Origin: Fibrobacter succinogenes subsp. succinogenes S85
GTDB lineage: Bacteria; Fibrobacterota; Fibrobacteria; Fibrobacterales; Fibrobacteraceae
Length of the DNA stretch: 32,000 nt
Assembly (NCBI RefSeq): GCF_000146505.1
Contig: NC_017448.1
Location: forward strand, 2,340,001 to 2,372,000
Direction of reading: 5' to 3'
Positions 14,240 to 22,017 of the stretch are shown piece by piece (position 1 is the first letter of the stretch; every line of letters starts with the position of its first letter). A program made the position numbers and the translations under genes. The notes under the pieces were generated by a model that was not told where the DNA came from, did no database searches, and saw only the letters and a list, made by a program, of their open reading frames with translations.

Positions 14240-14325
14240 TATGTCAGATGCTCATTACCGTTTGATTGAACATATTACCTCCGTTGTTGAAGGCGGCTCC
14301 GGTGAAAATCGGGGCCGTTTTTTTG
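14240..14325 (+). ncRNA. trailer sRNA copy 8 (variant 3)
   Basis: TTGACA at 14208-14213 and GATATA at 14231-14236. Stem GTCAGATG/CGTTTGAT, single-stranded segment ATATTACCTCCGTTG, then a terminator with T7. Confidence 0.5.
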
Positions 14326-14356
14326 TTGACGTTTGTCGCGCAAAAGCAGATGTATA
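14326..14356 (+). promoter_or_regulatory. promoter candidate sharing a block with the promoter at 180-210
   Basis: TTGACG, N19, TGTATA. Contains CGCAAAAGCAGATGTA, the same sequence found upstream of the GTPase gene. Confidence 0.35.
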
Positions 14357-14401
14357 GATGTGCTTGATGCAGACAAAACGTTAAACGAGGAGGATCGCTC
14401 A

Positions 14402-14830
14402 ATGAGTATACTTGGTAAGATTAAGAAATTTATTATTGATATAATCGGAGATGCCGATGCAGTTTCTGTGCTAATATCAGATTGTGAAGTGCCTGATAAA
14501 GAATTTGAAGAAGGCACTAAAGGATACGACAATACGCTTGATGCGATTGCCGATGGCAAGTTCGGTTATCGTCCTGAGTTTGATAAGTTGCTGCGTAGAT
14601 ACGGAAGGACTTTTAAAGGTCCTAAGCCGAACGCAAAGAAGTACCAGGAATCCAATGTATTTACCAGAACCAAGAAGAATGCCTGGCTGTACGATTCTAT
14701 AAACGAGGCCTTGCGTCAACAGGCTGAATCTGCGGCGCAGTTCAGTTGTGATGAGGAGCCGAAAAGCTTCAAGGAAAAAATCCAAAAAGCTGAATTCGTT
14801 GAAGTGGAGATTGTTGACACGGAACGGTGA
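14402..14830 (+). CDS. hypothetical protein (142 aa)
   Basis: SD GAGGAGGA lies 7 nt before the ATG at 14402; I preferred this start over the ORF-track start at 14333. I recognise no motif. Confidence 0.55.
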   Translation: MSILGKIKKFIIDIIGDADAVSVLISDCEVPDKEFEEGTKGYDNTLDAIADGKFGYRPEFDKLLRRYGRTFKGPKPNAKKYQESNVFTRTKKNAWLYDSINEALRQQAESAAQFSCDEEPKSFKEKIQKAEFVEVEIVDTER

Positions 14831-14846
14831 CGTTCGGGCGTGTAGC

Positions 14847-15191
14847 TTATTTAATAGCGAATGCCGCAGTCATCAGTTTTGCTGACACTCCATGAGCTTG
14901 CAGAAATTTTGCGATCTTCTTGTCTCGTGCTGCAAATTTCCGTTTCGTTTCTGCTCTGCCCTTTGCTTCACCTTTCGCCATGCCTTCGGCTATACCTTCC
15001 TCTTTGCTAATCCGGATAGCGGTGTACAGACACGCATTGTGTTCGTCTTTATCAATCATACTCGTAGCAACCTCCGTAAGGAACTTGTTTGACGTTTTAG
15101 AAATCCGTAGTAGCCTATAGATCCCCTGAAGAACCGAGTCTATTTCCAGACAATATATCTTTTTCGTCGGTAGGCCGGCAAGGCCCCGCAT
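14847..15191 (-). pseudogene. probable C-terminal remnant of an Rpn/YhgA-like (PD-(D/E)XK transposase_31) protein
   Basis: The EEGIAEGMAKGEAKGRAETKRK repeat-like helix followed by ..KFLQAHGVS.. resembles Rpn-family C-termini. The N-terminal nuclease domain is absent. Confidence 0.35.
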
Positions 15192-15372
15192 TTTCCCATG
15201 TCGGAGTGCCGGAAAAGGCTTAATTCTTTCAAAGAAAAGTGATTAATCAGCAGTTTGTCAAAATGTGGCTTAGCTCAGCTTGGCCATTTTCAAATACTTT
15301 TTCCACGCAAAGTCTTTTTTTCTGTAAACTTTTGCTAAAATAGGGTATATTACGAGAAAAGAAGGAAATGCT

Positions 15373-16671
15373 ATGAGTCGAAAAATATTTGTGAGCTTTT
15401 TGGGATTGACTGATTATAAATTAGCCGTCTATAAATCTTGGCGTGGTGAAGGCTGTGCTTCCGAAACGCGTTTTGTGCAAAAGGCGATTGTCGAATTGTA
15501 TCCCAAGACTGATCTTGACAAAATAGTCATTTTTGTAACCAAAGAATCGCGGGAAAAAAACGAGCAAGCTCTTTTGGAAGATCTGAAAGAATTGGGCGTA
15601 GAACCTGAAAAAATTGAGACGGAATTGATCTCTGTGGATGTTTCTGATTTGTCCTTGACTTGGAATTGGTTTGAATCGCTTCAAAGCAAATTTGAGAAAG
15701 GGGACACACTTGTTTTGGATGTTACTCACGGCTTCAGGATGGTGCCTGTCGTATTCTCGGCTGCAGTTGCATATCTGAAAAGGGTGAAAAATGTTCACCT
15801 TGAGTCGGTTCTGTATGGCGCGTTTGAAATGAAAGTGGATGCTAAACCTATCGTTAATTTGAAGGATTTTTACACCATAAGCGACTGGACCGAAGGTGTG
15901 GGACGTTTGGTTGATACGGCGGATGCCTCTTTCTTGAGAAAAACGGCAGAGAGCGAGTCTAATGGTAGCTTTGCTGGGCTTAATAATCAGGATCTGTTGA
16001 ATAGTATTGATGATTTGACTAAAGCATTTCGTAATGTTGAATTGCAGAATATTGAAAGTAAGGCGCGAAAGTCTCTGGATCTGATTTGCAAGTTCCAAAA
16101 GCAATCAAGCGGAAAACTTGAGGGACAAGTCCTTCAAATGATTATAGATCAGTTCCAACCGTTAGTAAGTGAACCGCCTCTTGATGGCTCCTATTCGTTG
16201 GATTATCTGAAGCTTCAGCTTCGCCTCATTAAGATGTTTGCAGAATACAATTTGTACATGCAGGCTTTTACCGCAATGAATGAGTGGCTGGGCTCATTGG
16301 GAGTATTTTTAATGAAGCGCGGGAGCGAGTTTAGGTTTACTTCGCGGGAAAAAGATAGCTCGGCTCGATCTCATGCTGCGGTTTTTTTGAATATGTTGCA
16401 GCACCCTGCTGATTTTGAGGCTGAAAACGAAACAATCGCAATGCTTAAAGCCTCGTTGGATGAGGCTTACAATACCCTCTTTGAAAAATATACGACTCAA
16501 GATGAAATTTCGGATTTGCTGAAACAGTCAAAAAAAATTCGCAACGGGTTTAATCATGGCTGGACTGGGGTTCACCGCAAGGGGGCTCCAAAAGATTTAA
16601 ATGAGAAGTTTGATAGAGCGATGGCAACATTGAATAGAATTGTAGAAAAGATAGGAGACGACAATGGCTAA
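15373..16671 (+). CDS. csx1: CARF-HEPN ancillary nuclease, Csx1/Csm6 superfamily (DxTHG-motif family)
   Basis: The N-terminus KIFVSFLGLTDY and the LDVTHGFR (DxTHG) motif are typical of CARF proteins. The C-terminal IRNGFNHG matches the R-x4-H HEPN motif. Confidence 0.8.
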   Translation: MSRKIFVSFLGLTDYKLAVYKSWRGEGCASETRFVQKAIVELYPKTDLDKIVIFVTKESREKNEQALLEDLKELGVEPEKIETELISVDVSDLSLTWNWFESLQSKFEKGDTLVLDVTHGFRMVPVVFSAAVAYLKRVKNVHLESVLYGAFEMKVDAKPIVNLKDFYTISDWTEGVGRLVDTADASFLRKTAESESNGSFAGLNNQDLLNSIDDLTKAFRNVELQNIESKARKSLDLICKFQKQSSGKLEGQVLQMIIDQFQPLVSEPPLDGSYSLDYLKLQLRLIKMFAEYNLYMQAFTAMNEWLGSLGVFLMKRGSEFRFTSREKDSSARSHAAVFLNMLQHPADFEAENETIAMLKASLDEAYNTLFEKYTTQDEISDLLKQSKKIRNGFNHGWTGVHRKGAPKDLNEKFDRAMATLNRIVEKIGDDNG

Positions 16672-18181
16672 GTTTTTGTACGGTGCCGCAGTGCAAGGCA
16701 TCCAAGGCTTTATTTTTCAGACGAATAAGCTGCGGGATATTGTCGGTGCCAGTGAACTGGTGGAAAGAATTTGTACCACCGATTTTGACGAGTTTGCAGA
16801 ATCAAATGGCGGAGCGAACGACCCCAAGTCTATACTGCGAGCAGCGGGTAATATCAAGTATTTGTTCGAAAGCGAAGATGCTTGTAAAAAGGCTGTGCTC
16901 AAGTTCCCCAAGAAGGTTGTAGAGAATGCCCCCGGTATAACGATTAGCCAGGCGGTTGTTCCTGTTGAAGATGATGCGGATATTGCAGCCGCTATCGATA
17001 AATTGGAAGCCTCGCTCAGAGTTCAGCGCAACAGGCAGATGCGTCCTATCAATTTGGGATTTACGGGCGTTCTCCGTTCACGTTCTACGGGTTTCCCGGC
17101 TGTTGAAGTTCGTAAGGACAAAAATGGGCAAGACGAGTTCCTTGACAAGGCGACTCAAAAAAAGCGTGATGCATCAGAGACGCAGGCTCTTTCTAAAAAA
17201 GCATTTGGTTTTGATGTTCTCACTAAGCAGGTTGCATTTGAAATAGACCAGATTACCGGCAAGAACGATTGGATTGCTGTAATTCATGCTGATGGAAATG
17301 GTCTCGGTCAGGTCGTGCAGAAAGTCGGCAAGAAAACGGACGAGTTCAAGGCGTTTTCCAAAGCGCTGGACGAAGCGACTGTCGGCGCTGCGGTCGATGC
17401 GTTCAATGCGCTTGTTGAACGTAAGTATTTCGATGTGAAGGACGAGTCAAAATTGATACCGATTCGCCCGGTGGTGCTCGGTGGCGACGACTTTACTGTG
17501 ATTTGCCGTGCTGATTTTGCTGTTGAGTACGTACAAAAGTTTTTGGAATCTTTCGAGAAACGTACTGGCGAAGGCGTCATAGCAGAACTGCTCAAAAAGA
17601 ATGCCGTATTCGAAAACGGAAACAAGCTAACGGCTTGCGCAGGCATTGCGTTTGTCAAGTCTTCTTACCCGTTCTACTATGCCTACGATCTTGCGGAATC
17701 TCTTTGTTCCATGGCGAAAAAAGATGCCAAGAAACCGGAAAACCCGCGCTATTTGGCTCCTTCTTGTTTGATGTTCCACAAGGTACAGAGTAGCTTTGTC
17801 GAAAGTTTTGACAAAATTGTTGATAAAGAGCTGACTGCGTCGGGTTGTTTGTATGTATTTGGCCCATATTATCTCGCTGAAACTCCGTATCGCTGGACTG
17901 TGGATAAGCTGATGGAAGTGTGCGACTTGCTGGATGGCGAAGATGGTAATGCGTTAAAATCAAATGTCCGTCAGTGGCTTACGCTACAATCTCAAGATGC
18001 TGGTATGGCAAAACAGAAGGCGGAGCGCATCGTGAGCATTTTGGAAAAGAGTGACTTGCGTTCTATTGCAGAAGAATTGGTGCAGAACGAAGTACTACGC
18101 AATGGCAAGAAGTATTCCCCTGCATACGATGTCTTGTCGTTACATTCGGTCCGCTTTCAGGAAACTAGATCCGCAAAATAA
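16664..18181 (+). CDS. cas10: minimal Cas10 (cyclase/polymerase palm domains only, no HD domain)
   Basis: 505 aa. It starts directly at the Cas10 palm-1 motif VQGIQGFIF..LRDIVGAS. Also has VIHADGNGLG, an intact GGDD (VVLGGDDFTV) and ACAGIAFVKSSYPFYYAYDLAESLCSMAKK. Overlaps csx1 by 8 nt. Confidence 0.85.
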   Translation: MAKFLYGAAVQGIQGFIFQTNKLRDIVGASELVERICTTDFDEFAESNGGANDPKSILRAAGNIKYLFESEDACKKAVLKFPKKVVENAPGITISQAVVPVEDDADIAAAIDKLEASLRVQRNRQMRPINLGFTGVLRSRSTGFPAVEVRKDKNGQDEFLDKATQKKRDASETQALSKKAFGFDVLTKQVAFEIDQITGKNDWIAVIHADGNGLGQVVQKVGKKTDEFKAFSKALDEATVGAAVDAFNALVERKYFDVKDESKLIPIRPVVLGGDDFTVICRADFAVEYVQKFLESFEKRTGEGVIAELLKKNAVFENGNKLTACAGIAFVKSSYPFYYAYDLAESLCSMAKKDAKKPENPRYLAPSCLMFHKVQSSFVESFDKIVDKELTASGCLYVFGPYYLAETPYRWTVDKLMEVCDLLDGEDGNALKSNVRQWLTLQSQDAGMAKQKAERIVSILEKSDLRSIAEELVQNEVLRNGKKYSPAYDVLSLHSVRFQETRSAK

Positions 18182-18192
18182 GGAGTATTGAC

Positions 18193-18744
18193 GTGAATAT
18201 CAATTATACGATACAGTTTTTTTCGGGCTGGCATTGTGGCTCCGGACTTTCGGCAGGTGCCGATGTGGATACTTTGGTTGTCAAGGATGACGATGGCTTG
18301 CCTTTTGTTCCTGGCAAGACTATTAAGGGCCTTTTGCGTGAGGCCGTTGAAGATTATGCCGCATTGACGCAAGAAGTTTCTGCTGAACGCATTGATGCGG
18401 TTTTCGGTTCGTTTGATTCAAAAGAAAAGTTTTCACGAGGGGTTGCCTTTTTTGGCAATGCCGCTTTAAGTGATGACGAGGCTAAAGCTATAAAGAGCGA
18501 CAAATTGCAGCCGTTCCTGTACAAGAGACTTTCGGCTACGGCGATTGGCGAAAATGGTGTCGCAAAGGACCATAGCCTTCGTCGTATTGAAGTTGTTGTC
18601 CCATGCAAATTGCAGGGTAAAATTCTTGATATCCCCGAGGACTTTGTTGAAGTCTTGAAAAAGAGTATGGGGCTTATCAAACGATTGGGCTCCTGGAGAA
18701 ATCGTGGCCTTGGTCGTTGCACTTTTAAATGCGAGGGTTGCTAA
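18193..18744 (+). CDS. RAMP protein (Cas7/Csm3-like), 183 aa
   Basis: GTG start with AAGGAG upstream. Contains WHCGSG..D..VVKDDDGLPFVPGKTIKGLLREA and the C-terminal G-rich loop GSWRNRGLGRC. Confidence 0.8.
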   Translation: MNINYTIQFFSGWHCGSGLSAGADVDTLVVKDDDGLPFVPGKTIKGLLREAVEDYAALTQEVSAERIDAVFGSFDSKEKFSRGVAFFGNAALSDDEAKAIKSDKLQPFLYKRLSATAIGENGVAKDHSLRRIEVVVPCKLQGKILDIPEDFVEVLKKSMGLIKRLGSWRNRGLGRCTFKCEGC

Positions 18745-18746
18745 TA

Positions 18747-20222
18747 ATGTCTACTTTGAAATTTAAATGCACCTTGCTGACCGATGTAATCCTCAACCAG
18801 CACGCTGCTACTGAGGGCAACCAGTCAACACTTGACTTTATTCCTGGAAACAACTTCCTTGGAATTGTGGCAGGGAATGTCTATGCGGAACATCGTGACC
18901 TTGCTTTGGATATTTTGCATAGCGGAAAAGTTCGTTTTGGCGATGCGCATCCGGCCTTGAATGGCGTGCGCTCATTACGTGTACCGTCTTGTTTCTTTTA
19001 TCCAAAGCTTGGCAGCTATAAGGAGGAATGCTATGTCCATCATGGTATCCCTAACCTTGCTAGCGATGACCTCAAGAAAAAGCAACTGAAACAGTGCCGT
19101 AACGGATTCTTGGCATTTAACGATTCTAAGAGCTCGTTTACGGATGTCGTTCCTGAAAAATTCTTTGCGATAAAATCTGCACACGACAGGGAAAAGTTCC
19201 GTTCCAAGGATAGCCAGATGTATGGCTACGAGTCTTTGCGGAAAGGCTTGGAACTGTTTTTTGAGGTGGAAGTAGATGATTCCTTGACCACAGATGTCAA
19301 AGAACTTGTTAGCTCATTGCTTGTTGGGAAAAAACGCGTGGGCCGTTCCAAGACTGCTCAGTATGGCCTTGTTGAAATTGAAACGGTTGACTATGCTGAA
19401 CCCGTTGTGGAAAAGCGCAACGATGATTACGTAATTGTATATGCGGATGCCCGTCTTATCTTTTTTGATGAATACGGAATGCCCACATTTACGCCAACGG
19501 CAGAACAGTTGGGTTGCCCTGGTGGAGAAATTGTGTGGGAAAAATCGCAGGTGCGCACATTCCAGTATTCTCCGTGGAATTTCAAGCGCCAGTCTAGAGA
19601 TATGGACCGCTGCGGTATCGAGAAGGGTTCTGTATTTGTGGTGAGCGAAGTGAAAGATTTTTCAGGCACATCATGTTATGTAGGAGAATTCAAAAACGAA
19701 GGTTTCGGAAAGGTAATTTACAATCCGAAATTCTTGAGTTACGATGGGCAGGGTGCTGCAAGTTATGCTTATGAAAAAGCCTCGGAACCAGATGCTCAAA
19801 ATTCGTCTTTGAGTGCTAAGCGACCTGCCTGCGACAGTGTTCTATTGAATTATCTAAAACACGAACAACGGAAGTTTAACGGTCTGTCTCGCATTTATGC
19901 TTGTGTGAACAAGTTTGTGTCAGATGAATCAATTTACTGGTGTGGCGAAGAATCGTTTGCAAGCCAATGGGGTACTATCCGCAGTATCGCGTCACGACTT
20001 AATAGCCGCACCGAGATTATGGGCGAGTTGTTCAATTCCGAAAAAGCTTACCTGGAGCATGGTGTTGCTGCTGAGAAGTGGAATGAAAATTCGCGCAAGG
20101 CACGTTTGAAGGATTTCCTTGAAAGTACGGCAAAGCAGGAAGGCTTCTCCGATGTGGAATTCAAGTCGCTTGTTGTCAATTTGGCGGCCGAGATGGCTAA
20201 AAAGATTCAGGGAGGTGTATAA
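18747..20222 (+). CDS. large RAMP protein, Csx10/Cas5-like
   Basis: ATG at 18747 follows GAGGG. Contains STLDFIPGNNFLGIVAG and the G-rich loop GRSKTAQYGLVEIE. The size and operon position fit a III-D csx10. Confidence 0.65.
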   Translation: MSTLKFKCTLLTDVILNQHAATEGNQSTLDFIPGNNFLGIVAGNVYAEHRDLALDILHSGKVRFGDAHPALNGVRSLRVPSCFFYPKLGSYKEECYVHHGIPNLASDDLKKKQLKQCRNGFLAFNDSKSSFTDVVPEKFFAIKSAHDREKFRSKDSQMYGYESLRKGLELFFEVEVDDSLTTDVKELVSSLLVGKKRVGRSKTAQYGLVEIETVDYAEPVVEKRNDDYVIVYADARLIFFDEYGMPTFTPTAEQLGCPGGEIVWEKSQVRTFQYSPWNFKRQSRDMDRCGIEKGSVFVVSEVKDFSGTSCYVGEFKNEGFGKVIYNPKFLSYDGQGAASYAYEKASEPDAQNSSLSAKRPACDSVLLNYLKHEQRKFNGLSRIYACVNKFVSDESIYWCGEESFASQWGTIRSIASRLNSRTEIMGELFNSEKAYLEHGVAAEKWNENSRKARLKDFLESTAKQEGFSDVEFKSLVVNLAAEMAKKIQGGV

Positions 20223-21625
20223 TGGAAAGTTTTGCTAGAAGTAATAACGTCCGTTACTTGGCTCGTGTTGTTTTGCAGGCTGAAACTCCGGTGGTTATCG
20301 GGAGTGGAGATAAAGACTCCCTAACGGATTCCCTTGTACAAAAAGATGTAAATGGACTTCCGTATATTCCGGCGTCGTCTGTGGCGGGATGCCTTCGCCA
20401 TGCGTTTGCATCGAAGTTGGATGTCAAAGAATTGGAACGAGTTTTCGGTTATCAAAAGTCTGACGATGGTCAGGGCTCTCGTGTTGTATTTACGGATGGT
20501 CGTTTGGTTGGCCCTAGTGGCGTTGTTGATGGCATTCAAAATATCAATTTCGATACGGATGCTTTCTTTAGCCGTTTTGCCAAGTTGCCCATTCGCGATC
20601 ATGTCCGTATTTCGCACCATGGTGCTGCCGAAAAGACAGGAAAATTTGACGAAGAGATTGTGTTCAAGGGTTCTCGTTTTTGCTTTGAGATTGAGCTAGT
20701 GGGTGAGTCTAATGATGCACAGTATTTTGATTCACTGCTGGAACAGATGATGCATTCGGAATTCCGTATAGGAGCAGGTTCTCGTTCGGGCTTTGGCAAG
20801 GTTAAAATTGTTGAACTTAAAAAGGCGGCTCTGGATCTGACGAACGGTGAAGATTTGGAGAAATATATCGGCAAGTCATCTGACCTTTCTGATCCGACTG
20901 ATTTCTGGAAAGATCTTCCGAAAGAACGCGTTCAGGATTTGAATACGGAGGGCTGGACTCGTTACGAGCTGGAACTTACTCCACGTGACTTTTTCTTGTT
21001 CGCAGCGGGTTCTGGCGATAACGATGCCGATATATGTGCCGTTCGTGCTTCTCAGATAGAGTGGAATGATGGTAAGCCCGTCTTTACGCCGAACTTGTTG
21101 CTGATTCCTGGAAGTTCTGTAAAAGGAGCCATTTCTCATCGTGTGGCTTACCGCTATAACAAGCGCGTGGGTGTGACACTTGAAAAACTGAAAGAAGCTG
21201 CTGAGGCTGCAAATAGGGATATCGCTGATTTGATCAAGGAAAACACCGGCTGCAAAAACAAGGCGGTGCAGACTTTGTTCGGTTCTCAGGACAAGGATAA
21301 TTCTTGCCGCGGTCGAGTTCTTCTTTCGGATGTGATTCAGAAAAAGTCTAGTACCAAGATTCTGAACCATGTTTCTGTAGACCGCTTTACGGGCGGTGCC
21401 GTTGCAGGAGCGCTTTTCTCTGAAAAAGTCTGGTCGAAGGAACCTTCTGAAACGTATACATTGAAGTTCCTGCTGGAACCTGGAGAGGTTGATGCAGATG
21501 TACTCGGTGCTTTTGAAGATGCTCTCAAGGATATTGCCAAGGGTATGCTTCCTTTGGGTGGCGGCGTCAATCGCGGTCATGGTGTTTTTGAAGGCAAAGT
21601 TTTAAAAAATGGCGAGGTATTGTAA
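20222..21625 (+). CDS. fusion of two Cas7 (Csm3-like) RAMP domains
   Basis: Two RAMP cores: GSGDKDSLTDSLVQKDVNGLPYIPASSVAGCLRHA and LLLIPGSSVKGAISHRVAY. G-rich loop LGGGVNRGHGVFEG. TAATG overlap with the upstream gene. Confidence 0.8.
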   Translation: MESFARSNNVRYLARVVLQAETPVVIGSGDKDSLTDSLVQKDVNGLPYIPASSVAGCLRHAFASKLDVKELERVFGYQKSDDGQGSRVVFTDGRLVGPSGVVDGIQNINFDTDAFFSRFAKLPIRDHVRISHHGAAEKTGKFDEEIVFKGSRFCFEIELVGESNDAQYFDSLLEQMMHSEFRIGAGSRSGFGKVKIVELKKAALDLTNGEDLEKYIGKSSDLSDPTDFWKDLPKERVQDLNTEGWTRYELELTPRDFFLFAAGSGDNDADICAVRASQIEWNDGKPVFTPNLLLIPGSSVKGAISHRVAYRYNKRVGVTLEKLKEAAEAANRDIADLIKENTGCKNKAVQTLFGSQDKDNSCRGRVLLSDVIQKKSSTKILNHVSVDRFTGGAVAGALFSEKVWSKEPSETYTLKFLLEPGEVDADVLGAFEDALKDIAKGMLPLGGGVNRGHGVFEGKVLKNGEVL

Positions 21626-22017
21626 TGAATAGGACGATAAATATTGAACAGTGCCAAGGCTATATCTGGAAAAGCGATGCGGACAAGCCGCAGGTCTTTA
21701 ATGGTTGCGCTTGCAATCTCGTGCTAGATGATTCTGCGAATCCCTTTGTTCTGGAGGCGATGCTTTATGACGCTCAGACGCAGGACTCCTATATGATCAA
21801 GTATGTGGATGGCCGTCATCTTATTCAGGAGTATAATTTATTCAATAAGTTCGATGATGTTACTGAAATATCTGTTTTGCCGAACCGTATGGAGGGTATT
21901 CCTGAGCTTAAGCTGAAACAGTTTTGGAAAAAAACTCCTGATAAGTTGTGCAATGGTTTTGAAACATTAACTCCTGCTGAGATTGTTTTTGCAGGCTTTA
22001 AAAAGGTGGGCGAATAA
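21625..22017 (+). CDS. small type III accessory protein (130 aa), possibly Csx19-like; not obviously a helical Cas11
   Basis: Translationally coupled at both ends (TAATG). I recognise no motif. The composition looks beta-rich rather than all-helical. Confidence 0.5.
   Translation: MNRTINIEQCQGYIWKSDADKPQVFNGCACNLVLDDSANPFVLEAMLYDAQTQDSYMIKYVDGRHLIQEYNLFNKFDDVTEISVLPNRMEGIPELKLKQFWKKTPDKLCNGFETLTPAEIVFAGFKKVGE

Noticed and set aside
15265-15284. A tRNA-like string, GTGGCTTAGCTCAGCTTGG, upstream of the type III operon.
   Set aside because: It resembles only a tRNA 5' acceptor/D-arm. No anticodon arm, T-arm or 3' acceptor follows. It may be a remnant or chance, and it is not supportable as a gene.
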